From the NCBI GenBank assembly GCA_017542465.1, contig JAFXXB010000040.1:24301-88300 (forward strand): a stretch of 64,000 nucleotides of DNA. The letters run 5' to 3'. The stretch comes from Bacilli bacterium. GTDB taxonomy: Bacteria; Bacillota_I; Bacilli_A; RF39; UBA660. The position numbers and the translations under genes are program-made. Under the pieces are notes generated by a model that was not told the origin of the DNA, made no database searches, and saw only the letters and a list, made by a program, of their open reading frames with translations. The first letter of the stretch is position 1. Each line of letters starts with the position of its first letter. Positions 36,575 to 45,600 of this stretch are shown in pieces.

Positions 36575-37939
36575 ATGAATAAGGGAAAGGAACTTTTAAT
36601 TGATATAATACTATCTTATCAAGATAAGTTATCAACGATGGATGATAGTTCTATATTAATATCTGATGTTGATATTATAGATCTATACAAGAAAATCAAA
36701 AGTGATAAGTATTATTTGGGTAATGTCAGTAATGAATTAATTGATGAAGTTATATCTATTAATAAATATAAATCTCATTTTATATTTGTTAAAAAGTTAT
36801 ATCAATTAAGAGACTTATACCTTGATAAGCTTAATGATAAAGAAATTAAAGATAAAGAAGATAATGTTAAAACATTAAATACATTCTTAGAATTATTAGA
36901 TAATATAATTGAGAAAGATAATAATTATATTCAAAAAGAACAAACAATTATAAGATTAAATAACTTAATAAGTGCTATTAAGTATAATGAAATAATAAAT
37001 GATCAAGAATTAATTGAAGTCATAACTAAAGAGTATGATGAATTAAAATATGATCAAAATATGCTTACAATCATGGAATATGTATCTAGACATAACGTTA
37101 ATATATTAAATGTTAAGACATTAGAAGATACTATTAATCTATCAGGTGAATTAAAATTATCTGAATTAGATGATGAAGTAAGAGAAGTATTAAATAAGGT
37201 AGAAATTAATTATAATGAATTATCTATAGATTATAAGTTATTAATTAAGAATACACCTAAAGAACATATCATTAATACTTATGAATTAATTAAACATAAT
37301 AAGGTAGAAGACTATGGTATTCTTCACTTAATAGATAGAAAAAGTGATGAACATAAATTATTAATATTGTTGTTATCTAGTATAACTATTATTAAAGAAA
37401 TAGTAGATTTATTTAGAGATAATAATAATGATATAGATATAAAATCTTTAAAGATAGTTATAAATAAATTATTACCTGTATTTATTAATAAAGATAATAG
37501 TTTTTATGAGCCTTTATATAATAACTTTATAACTAATATTAAATTGTTTAATAACTTAAATATTAATATAAGTGGATTATTAAAGAAGAGTCCAATGATA
37601 TTTATTGTTGATCCTGAAAGATTAAAGAATGAATTAAATATTATTAATAATAAATATAAAGTTGATAAGAAGAAAATAATTAATAAGTTATATAAAACTA
37701 TATCTTTAGACTTAGATCTTGTATTAACTAATATAGAAGTATTAAAGAAATATATAAATATTAATAAGTATTTATCTGGAGATAATTATAATTTATTAAA
37801 AGTAAAAGATTTAGATAAGAAGATTATATATTTAAAGGATAAATATGAAATAAATAATGAAGAAGATATCTTAAATAATTTAATTAAAGAAATATATGAT
37901 AATAAAAATATATATGTATGGGGTGATGAAGATGCTTAA
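36575..37939 (+). CDS. helical-repeat hypothetical protein
   Basis: The product is 454 aa. The C-terminal half contains ~30-aa helical repeats such as 'LLKKSPMIFIVDPERLKNELNII'. Any resemblance to mTERF-type repeats is only an impression. Confidence 0.55.
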   Translation: MNKGKELLIDIILSYQDKLSTMDDSSILISDVDIIDLYKKIKSDKYYLGNVSNELIDEVISINKYKSHFIFVKKLYQLRDLYLDKLNDKEIKDKEDNVKTLNTFLELLDNIIEKDNNYIQKEQTIIRLNNLISAIKYNEIINDQELIEVITKEYDELKYDQNMLTIMEYVSRHNVNILNVKTLEDTINLSGELKLSELDDEVREVLNKVEINYNELSIDYKLLIKNTPKEHIINTYELIKHNKVEDYGILHLIDRKSDEHKLLILLLSSITIIKEIVDLFRDNNNDIDIKSLKIVINKLLPVFINKDNSFYEPLYNNFITNIKLFNNLNINISGLLKKSPMIFIVDPERLKNELNIINNKYKVDKKKIINKLYKTISLDLDLVLTNIEVLKKYININKYLSGDNYNLLKVKDLDKKIIYLKDKYEINNEEDILNNLIKEIYDNKNIYVWGDEDA

Positions 37940-38228
37940 TTATTTATTAGATTTAGAAATATCACCAGAAGAAATATATGATATTAATCATACATTAGAT
38001 AAAGGTACTATTGAAATATTAGAGATATCTAAGAATAATGTTAAAGACATATTAAGATTCTATAGACTAAAAGGCGTAACTAATATATGTGGATTAATTA
38101 TAAATAGACCTGATTTAGTTCTATTAAATATTGATGAAGCTGATAAGAATATAAATAAATTAGAAGATGGTTTATTTGTAGAATTAGTTAATAATAATAT
38201 AGAAGACTTAATAGTATTTGGGGTGTAA
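37932..38228 (+). CDS. small helical-repeat hypothetical protein
   Basis: ATG 37932 follows GGGGTGA and overlaps the upstream gene by 8 nt. 'RFYRLKGVTNICGLIINRPDLVLLNIDEADKNINKL' is the same repeat flavour as in 36575-37939. Confidence 0.5.
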   Translation: MLNYLLDLEISPEEIYDINHTLDKGTIEILEISKNNVKDILRFYRLKGVTNICGLIINRPDLVLLNIDEADKNINKLEDGLFVELVNNNIEDLIVFGV

Positions 38229-38229
38229 T

Positions 38230-39459
38230 ATGAAGAAATTGAAATATTTATTACTATTAATATTATTATTACCTATATCTGTATTTGCGTTAGATGATAT
38301 TGATTTATATTCTAAAGCTTACATTATATATGATAGTACAGATGATAGAGTATTAATAAAAAAAGACAATGATAAACAAAATTATATTGCATCTACAACA
38401 AAGATGATGTCTATTCTAGTAGCCTTAGATAGTATAGATAATTTAGATACTAAAGTTACTATTGAACAATCATGGTTAAATACAGTTCCATGGGATGCAT
38501 ATAAGATGGGATTAAAAGCTGGCGATGAAGTAACATATAAAGATTTATTATATGGAACTATGTTACCAAGTGCAGCAGATGCAGTTAATTCACTTGCGAT
38601 GGCTACAAATGGAAGTATTAGTACATTTGTTAAGAAGATGAATGATAAAGCTACTGAAATAGGTATGAAGAATACTAATTTCACTAATCCTATAGGTATG
38701 GATGATAATAGTGATATTAATCATCATTCAACAGCAGATGATTTATTAGTATTAGTTAAATATGCTTTAAAAGATGATAGATTTAAAGAAGTATACGAAA
38801 CTAAAGAATATACTTTAACTAATGGATTTAAAGCAGTAGCGTCATCTAAGTCATTTGGAGATCAAAAAGGAATAAATACAGACAGAATTATAGGAGCTAA
38901 GACAGGTTTTACTGATAAAGCAGGATTCTGTTTAGCTTACGAGTTTAAAGCACATGATCATACTTATTATGCTGTAACTCTTGGTGCCCCTGTTGAAAAC
39001 TTCAGAGATTTTAAACATTTAAGAGATGCTAATACTGTAATTGATTATATTGAAAAGAACTATGAATATAAAACATTATTTAAAAAAGATGATGTTTATA
39101 AAGCTATTCAAGTTAATGATTCAACAATAGATTACTATGATGTTAAATATAAAGATGATTTAACTTTATTATTACCAATAGACTTTAAGATGGAAGATTT
39201 AAGAATTGAAAATGATTTATTATATGATATATCTTATAAGTTTAAGAAAGGTGATAAGTTAGGTACAGTTAAAATGTATTATCAAGATGAATTAATATAT
39301 TCAGAAGATTTCTATTTAGAAGAAACTATTAAGCCTTCTATAATAGGATTTATTAAGAATAATGTTATATTATGTTCTATCATGGTAGTAGCATTTACTA
39401 TACTTGTAATATCTTTAATGATATTAATAAAAAGAAAGACTAAAAAGATTGGTAAATAA
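38230..39459 (+). CDS. serine-type D-Ala-D-Ala carboxypeptidase (S11, PBP5/DacA-like)
   Basis: The signal peptide is 'MKKLKYLLLLILLLPISVFA'. 'ASTTKMM' is the SxxK box and 'KTGFT' is the KTG box. The middle box reads 'PSAADA' instead of the usual SGNDA. There is a C-terminal TM anchor. Confidence 0.8.
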   Translation: MKKLKYLLLLILLLPISVFALDDIDLYSKAYIIYDSTDDRVLIKKDNDKQNYIASTTKMMSILVALDSIDNLDTKVTIEQSWLNTVPWDAYKMGLKAGDEVTYKDLLYGTMLPSAADAVNSLAMATNGSISTFVKKMNDKATEIGMKNTNFTNPIGMDDNSDINHHSTADDLLVLVKYALKDDRFKEVYETKEYTLTNGFKAVASSKSFGDQKGINTDRIIGAKTGFTDKAGFCLAYEFKAHDHTYYAVTLGAPVENFRDFKHLRDANTVIDYIEKNYEYKTLFKKDDVYKAIQVNDSTIDYYDVKYKDDLTLLLPIDFKMEDLRIENDLLYDISYKFKKGDKLGTVKMYYQDELIYSEDFYLEETIKPSIIGFIKNNVILCSIMVVAFTILVISLMILIKRKTKKIGK

Positions 39460-39496
39460 GATATAAATGTGTTAATATATTTATATCTTTTCAATT

Positions 39497-39573
39497 GGCC
39501 TGTTGGTGAAGTGGTTTAACACATAGCCCTCTCAAGGCTACATTCATGGGTCCGAATCCCATACAGGTCACCA
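39497..39573 (+). tRNA. tRNA-Glu-like, anticodon CUC, with encoded CCA
   Basis: The manual cloverleaf has acceptor GGCCTGT/ACAGGTC, D stem GTG/CAC, anticodon stem TAGCC/GGCTA with loop CT-CTC-AA, a 5-nt variable loop and T stem ATGGG/CCCAT. The T loop is TCCGAAT, so position 55 is C rather than T. The backbone resembles Bacillus tRNA-Glu. Confidence 0.75.
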
Positions 39574-39583
39574 ATTAGATAAT

Positions 39584-39605
39584 AAGAACCTTAATAGGTT
39601 CTTTT
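39584..39605 (+). terminator. rho-independent terminator after the tRNA
   Basis: AAGAACCT-taat-AGGTTCTT followed by TTAATTT. Confidence 0.6.
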
Positions 39606-39684
39606 AATTTACAAAATAAATAAAAGTATACTATAATACTATATATTTTATAAAAGTAACTCTTAAAAAGAAATAAGTGATAAT

Positions 39685-40437
39685 ATGAAAGTAACTAATG
39701 TAAGAAGTGTATATTCATACGTAAGCAAAGGTCTACTTATAGGACATGGTAAAACAGCTTTTTGTTATAGATTACCAGATAATAGAGTATTAAAACTATA
39801 TGTTAATACTATAAGTAAGAGAGAATATTTTGATAAATATGAAGATATGGTAGATCATTTAGCTTTATTAAGTTCAGTCTCTAATGATTCATTTGTAGGA
39901 CCTGAAGAAGTATTAATAAAAGGTGATAAAGTGATAGGCTATATTTATCCTTTTGTTGATGGATGTACTATAAAAACAATGAAGAGTAGTACTAGTTTAA
40001 GTTCTTTATATCGTAATTTTAATAAGCTAATTGAAGATACAATTGAAGTAGGTAATAATAAGTTTGAATTAATAGATGTTCATAATGAAAATATATTATT
40101 CGATGGTGATAATTATTATGTAATTGATTTAGATCAAGGTAGATTATCAAATAATGATGTTGATCCAGTTAAACATACAGTTAATAAAAATATAAGAGAA
40201 GTACAAGAAACAATCATTAATACAATGTTTAAAGGAGATAATAATTATATATTAAGTTTTTATGATTATTATTTAGATGAACTATATAGAAGTGTTAATT
40301 GGAGAGATGATAAGCAAATATATGATTTTTTTAAAGCATTAAAGGATAAATGTAAATCATCAGATCCATCACTTGGTGAAGTAAGAAGAAAAGTTAAAAC
40401 AAGAATGAATTTTAATGAATATAAAAGACCATTTTAA
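39685..40437 (+). CDS. small protein-kinase-like (PKL) fold protein
   Basis: The Gly-rich loop is 'IGHGKTAFCY'. 'RVLKLY' supplies a Lys. The hinge is 'YIYPFVDG'. The catalytic loop reads 'IDVHNENILF', and 'YVIDLDQG' is DFG-like. Confidence 0.5.
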   Translation: MKVTNVRSVYSYVSKGLLIGHGKTAFCYRLPDNRVLKLYVNTISKREYFDKYEDMVDHLALLSSVSNDSFVGPEEVLIKGDKVIGYIYPFVDGCTIKTMKSSTSLSSLYRNFNKLIEDTIEVGNNKFELIDVHNENILFDGDNYYVIDLDQGRLSNNDVDPVKHTVNKNIREVQETIINTMFKGDNNYILSFYDYYLDELYRSVNWRDDKQIYDFFKALKDKCKSSDPSLGEVRRKVKTRMNFNEYKRPF

Positions 40438-40498
40438 TGGTTTTTATTGACTATTATTATAAATAGAATATAATAAAAAATAATTAAGGGGAGTATTT

Positions 40499-41431
40499 AT
40501 GGAAAAAATTAAATATGTTTTAAAAAATGGAAAAGTAGATGAATATCGATTAGGTACAGGTGAAAGTAATTATAATGGATCTTATTATTTATCTGTATCA
40601 ACAATGTTTGATGATGTTGTACCAATGAAAGTAAGTGATAAACCAGTTTCATTAATGGAATCATTTATGAATCAATTAAAGATGAAAGATTATCAAATAT
40701 ATAATTCATTAATCAATAGATTGATGGGTGCAGTTATTACTGCAAAAGATGCTGATGACTTATGTGATGTAACAAGAGAAAATTCATTTTATAAAATAAT
40801 TACAAATGCATATAGAGTTTATTGTAATTCACATAATAGAAAAGTAGATAAATTAGTGTTTAATAATTCAATTGAATATATGGCAACATTATCTAGATTA
40901 TCTATTAGACGTTATATGGATGATTTCTTTAATTCAGTAGAAGATACAAATAGATTAAAAAAATTATCTGCATTTGATGCACTTAAAGTATCAAATAAAA
41001 GAATGTCAGCTATAAGTAATTCTAGATTAAAAGAAGATGAAAAATTATCTGGATATATTAATAATTTATATATAGAAGGATTAAATAGATTTGAAGTAGA
41101 TAGTAAAGATCATAAATGTTTTAAATGTCATTGGAAACGTACAACAGATTGTCCTAAATTATCTCATGTTGGTATTGATGCAATAACAATAGATAACCCA
41201 ATATTAAAAGATATGTTAATTGATGCTACACAAGTTGTATCTATTACTGAAGATGAAGAAGGAAATAAAAAAGTAGAAACAGATTCATGCATTGTTAGAG
41301 ATTGTAGAAGATATAGATATTTTGAACAAAAATATAATGAAGAACATAAAGATGATGAAAGTAAATATGTTAAAGAGCAATCATCAAAAGATGTTAAAAC
41401 ACTTAAACGTATATTAACTGATAAAAAATAG
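40499..41431 (+). CDS. hypothetical protein with a C-terminal Cys/His cluster
   Basis: The RBS is AAGGGGAG. The product is 310 aa and contains 'HKCFKCHWKRTTDCPKLSH...DSCIVRDCRRY'. I recognise no family. Confidence 0.5.
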   Translation: MEKIKYVLKNGKVDEYRLGTGESNYNGSYYLSVSTMFDDVVPMKVSDKPVSLMESFMNQLKMKDYQIYNSLINRLMGAVITAKDADDLCDVTRENSFYKIITNAYRVYCNSHNRKVDKLVFNNSIEYMATLSRLSIRRYMDDFFNSVEDTNRLKKLSAFDALKVSNKRMSAISNSRLKEDEKLSGYINNLYIEGLNRFEVDSKDHKCFKCHWKRTTDCPKLSHVGIDAITIDNPILKDMLIDATQVVSITEDEEGNKKVETDSCIVRDCRRYRYFEQKYNEEHKDDESKYVKEQSSKDVKTLKRILTDKK

Positions 41432-41449
41432 GCTATAAGGCCTATTTTT
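41423..41449 (+). terminator. rho-independent terminator
   Basis: AAAAA-ATAGGC-tataag-GCCTAT-TTTT, overlapping the stop codon. Confidence 0.6.
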
Positions 41450-41451
41450 AG

Positions 41452-41480
41452 TTTACAAACAAACAAATATTTGCTACAAT
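41452..41480 (+). promoter_or_regulatory. sigma-70-type promoter of the rpsF-ssb-rpsR operon
   Basis: TTTACA (41452-57), 17 nt, then TACAAT (41475-80). Confidence 0.65.
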
Positions 41481-41486
41481 ACTTTC

Positions 41487-41548
41487 GAGCGAAGAGCTCC
41501 TTGCTTATATTTAAGTATAAGCCGAATAGACCACAAGGAGGTGTAATA
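41487..41548 (+). promoter_or_regulatory. structured rpsF 5' leader (possible S6:S18 autoregulatory element)
   Basis: There are two hairpins: GAGC-gaaga-GCTC (41487-99) and GCTTATA-tttaag-TATAAGC (41503-22). The second is immediately followed by 'CCGAA' and the SD AAGGAGG. Confidence 0.35.
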
Positions 41549-41839
41549 ATGAATAAGTATGAAATGATGTTTATTGTAAAAGCTAATTCTGATGAAAAAG
41601 CTATTACAAAAACTGCAGATGCTCTTAAGTCAATTATTACTTCAATGAAAGGTAAAATTGTTGAAGAAAAGGATTTAGGAAGCAAAGAATTAGCTTATCC
41701 TATTAAAAAGGAAACAGTTGGTTACTATTTTGTAGTTGACTTTGAAGCTAACGCTGAAACAGTAGCTGAATTAGACAGAAAAGCTAGAATCGACGAATCT
41801 ATATTAAGACATTTAATTATCAGATTAGATGAGGAGTAA
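41549..41839 (+). CDS. rpsF: 30S ribosomal protein S6
   Basis: ATG 41549 follows AAGGAGGTG. The product starts 'MNKYEMMFIVKANSDEKAI...' and is 96 aa. Synteny with ssb and rpsR supports the call. Confidence 0.92.
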   Translation: MNKYEMMFIVKANSDEKAITKTADALKSIITSMKGKIVEEKDLGSKELAYPIKKETVGYYFVVDFEANAETVAELDRKARIDESILRHLIIRLDEE

Positions 41840-41842
41840 TTT

Positions 41843-42283
41843 ATGAATAATGTAAGTTTAATTGGAAGATTAACTCAAGATCCAGAATTAAGAACAACTT
41901 CTACTGGATTATCAACAACTAGATTTTCTATAGCTGTTGATGGAAGACCAACTGCAAGTGGTGAAAGAACAACAAATTTCATCAATATCGTAGCATGGAG
42001 AGGACAAGCTGAAAACGTTTGCAAATATTGCAAGAAAGGCTCACAAGTAGGAGTAACAGGTTATATTCAAACTGGATCATATACTGCTCAAGATGGTACA
42101 AAGAGATATACAACTGATGTTGTAGCTAATCAAGTAACATTCTTAGGTAGCAAATCAGCAAATGATGCTGATGAAACAATATATGATGTTGGTAGTGAAA
42201 CACCAGATGAAGGTACTGATTTAACAGGCATTGAATCAATGGGTGATGAAACAGTATTATCTGATGAAGAATTACCATTCTAG
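41843..42283 (+). CDS. ssb: single-stranded DNA-binding protein
   Basis: The N-terminus is 'MNNVSLIGRLTQDPELRTT' and the acidic C-terminal tip is 'DEELPF'. Confidence 0.93.
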   Translation: MNNVSLIGRLTQDPELRTTSTGLSTTRFSIAVDGRPTASGERTTNFINIVAWRGQAENVCKYCKKGSQVGVTGYIQTGSYTAQDGTKRYTTDVVANQVTFLGSKSANDADETIYDVGSETPDEGTDLTGIESMGDETVLSDEELPF

Positions 42284-42298
42284 AAAGGAATAATAGAA

Positions 42299-42514
42299 AT
42301 GGCTGAATTTTTTAGAAAGAAAAAGAAAGTTTGCCAAATGTGTGCTGGTAAAGACGTTGATTATAAAGATGTTAATATAATCACTAAATATATAAATGAA
42401 AAAGGTAAAATTATGCCTAGAAGAATGACTGGAGCTTGCTCTAGACATCAAAGACATATAGCTAACCAAGTTAAGAGAGCTAGATTCATGGCATTAATAC
42501 CTGATGTTAAATAA
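42299..42514 (+). CDS. rpsR: 30S ribosomal protein S18
   Basis: The product contains '...KKVCQMCAGKDVDYKDVNIITKYINEKGKIMPRRMTGACSRHQRHIANQVKRARFMALIP'. Confidence 0.93.
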   Translation: MAEFFRKKKKVCQMCAGKDVDYKDVNIITKYINEKGKIMPRRMTGACSRHQRHIANQVKRARFMALIPDVK

Positions 42515-42516
42515 TT

Positions 42517-42545
42517 AAGATACTTAAATAAGTATCTTTTTTTAT
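42517..42545 (+). terminator. rho-independent terminator of the rpsF operon
   Basis: AAGATACTT-aaat-AAGTATCTT followed by T7. Confidence 0.75.
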
Positions 42546-42621
42546 TGCAATTTCATTGTATTTATATGGTCTCTTTGATAAAATTATTATAGTATGGATA
42601 GTAGTAGAGGGACGGGATACT

Positions 42622-45600
42622 ATGAAAGATTTTTTTAAGGTGCATTATTTTAAAATTTTAGCAATATTAAGTGTAATAATATTGTTTATTTTTGGTTTTA
42701 TTATTTTTAGTGGAAAGATGAATAAAACATTAGCGGATAATCAAAATAGACAACATACATATGCAAGATATAATGAAGGAGATGAAGCGATTCAAGGAAC
42801 AGAATATGTTACCTTTGATGCATTCTTCCTTGATGATTATGATAATGATGGCAATGCTGATATCGTTCGTGGTAGCGATATTGAAATTGGACAAACAGAC
42901 AAGTTATACTTTGAGTTAAAAGTATTAGGTGATGTTAAATTAATTAATGGTAAAATAACATTTGTTAATTCCAATGCTAGAGTTGCTGGTGTTCTTAATA
43001 AAGGTGCATTAGTATCTTCTAACCAAAGTAGTACGGATTTTAAAACTATAACTTTAAATGAACTTAATAATGGTTTAACTATAACTAAACCAATGAATAT
43101 ATATGCTAGATTAACTGATGATTTAACATCATATTCAGGAATTAACCAAGTAGTATTAACTGGTACTGTAACAGACCTATATGGTAATGTTTTAGCTGAT
43201 ATTGAAAAGACAGTTGATTATACAGTTGACTGGTATGGTGATAATGTTACTGCTACAGTAACTGGATCTGGTAAATTTGATGAAATACATCCAAATCAAA
43301 ATCCAGTAGTTAATTATACTGTTACATCATCAGAAACAGCTGGTCAATTATTCTTAAAAACTGCTTATCTTGAAGGTACAGTCAGCCAATTAAATGGTCG
43401 TGATCCTGAAAGTGTAGAAATATATGGTTCTGATATAACATATGATTACAATCCAACTACTAGAAAGTTCACTATAACTAAAGAATCAGAGTTAGACGGA
43501 ACACTATTAACGAAAAAAGCATATGATTATAAAAATGAATTAGTAAGTTATAACAACTATCAAGTAAGAGTAACATATCCATATGATGAAACAGATGAAG
43601 AAGGATTTACTTCGTTATCTGTAAGTTCTTGGTACGATGCTTATAATAATGATATGGGTGTTGATAGCGTTAAGACAAGTACAAAAGCATCAAGAATCAT
43701 ATCTGCATCATTTGTTAATCAAAAACCAGGTGGATCTCTTCCAATCGATAGAAGAAACAGTATATCTGTTGGTACTAAATCAACTATATTAGATGCAAAT
43801 TATGTAGATAAGACTGAAGCCACAAGTATTTATAATGGTGCTAATATTGAAGAGCCTTTCGAAGATTATCGTGTCAATTGGCATGTATATGTTCCATCGA
43901 TTCTTAATGATGAAAATAAAGGTGGAATGACATATACATTAAAACTTGAAGATAACAATGGAGATAAACTAAATAATACATTCGCATTTAGAAACTATGT
44001 TAAATATAAATCTATAAGTGTTACTGGTTTAGCATCTGCATTAAATGTTAATGGTACTATTAGAGTAGTTAATGCTGATACACATGAAGTTGTTCATGTA
44101 TTCTATGCTGGTAACTGGAATACTCCTTATACTTTTGAAAGTGATGTAAGAAGTATTGAATTATATGTAAATGGATTTAATTATATTAAAGAATATGTTG
44201 ATGCAAATAATTACCGTAGTCAATTATCATTTGGAGTTAATATGACTAAAACTATTGATAACAATAGTATTGTACAATATATTCCTCAAGAAGACTTTGA
44301 AACATATGGAACAATTACTTCTATAATGAATCAAACTATTTATAATGGAAATGAAATAGTTAAATATAATAATTTAGATACAAATAGTTATACTGGATAT
44401 GCATCATACGTTAATGCAGAATCTCAAGCATACTTATCAATAAGTAGATCACAAGTATATACTACAGAAGAGTCTGAAGTAACATTTACTATTACAACTA
44501 ATGAATTAGATGATATCTCAAGAGGATTTAAAGATGGTGAATATTTCATCTTAATGCCAACTGAAATATTAAATGCAAAAATAGTAAGCGTAACAGCTGC
44601 TGAAGGAAATGCAACTATAGTTGGATCTTCAGTTGGAACAACAAGTGATGGAAGAAAGTATATTAAATTAATAACAAGCAATAGTAGTCCTGGAAAACAA
44701 AAATTAAATATTAAAGCTAAGTTATTGCCAGACCCAAGAAAGACTGATAAGGGTGTATCATTTACTTTATATGCATACAATCCTAACTGCCATAACTATA
44801 GATATAAAGCAACAGATACATTTGATATAAATGGTAATAATGATAAAGAAGAAAAAGTAAGTTATGCGACTGCTTCGTTAACTTTATCTGCACCAAACGA
44901 AATGATTACAACATCTATCTTAAAGATGTATGATAATTCAGGAAATATAATTGTTGCACCTTTAATAGCAGAAGTTGACCCAGTAGAATATGATCCTGAG
45001 GCAACAGTAGAAGTAGGTTTAACAAATAATTCTGAATTTAGTGTTGATAATGTTAGAGTTGTTGGTAAGTTAGCTTACTATGATAATACTTATGTAATAG
45101 GTGAAGGATCACTTGGATCACAATATAATGTTCAAATGACTAGTGATGGAATAACTTATCCAGAAGAATTAGAAGGTAAAATACATATTTACTATTCAGA
45201 AGTTGAAACACCAACTGATGATTTAAATAATTCAGCTAATGGATGGACAACAAAAGAAAACACTGACTTCACAAAAGTTAAATCATATTTAATTGTGTTA
45301 GATAATTATACAATGGCAAGAGGTAAGAGCTTAACATTCTCATACAATATTGAAATGCCAATGAATACTGCAGATATTAATAAGGTTACATATTTTACTC
45401 ATGGTGTATATTATAATTTAATTACTGAAGCTGGTCTTCATGCATCATCTGTAGGTGGATCTAAACTAGGTATTAGAATGTCTAGACAATATAATTTAGA
45501 ATTAACTAACCTAAAATCTTACGGTGAAAGAATTATAGATGGTTCTAAGTATATCCTTGAAGATGATGAAGGAAATCAAACAATTCTTTCAACTAATGCT

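Noticed and set aside
40880-40960. 'IRRYMDDFF' in the 40499-41431 product resembles the reverse-transcriptase YxDD motif C
   Set aside because: No upstream RT motifs are present: no motif A Asp block and no 'QG..SP' motif B at the expected spacing. The protein is also too short upstream of the motif. I treat it as a chance match.
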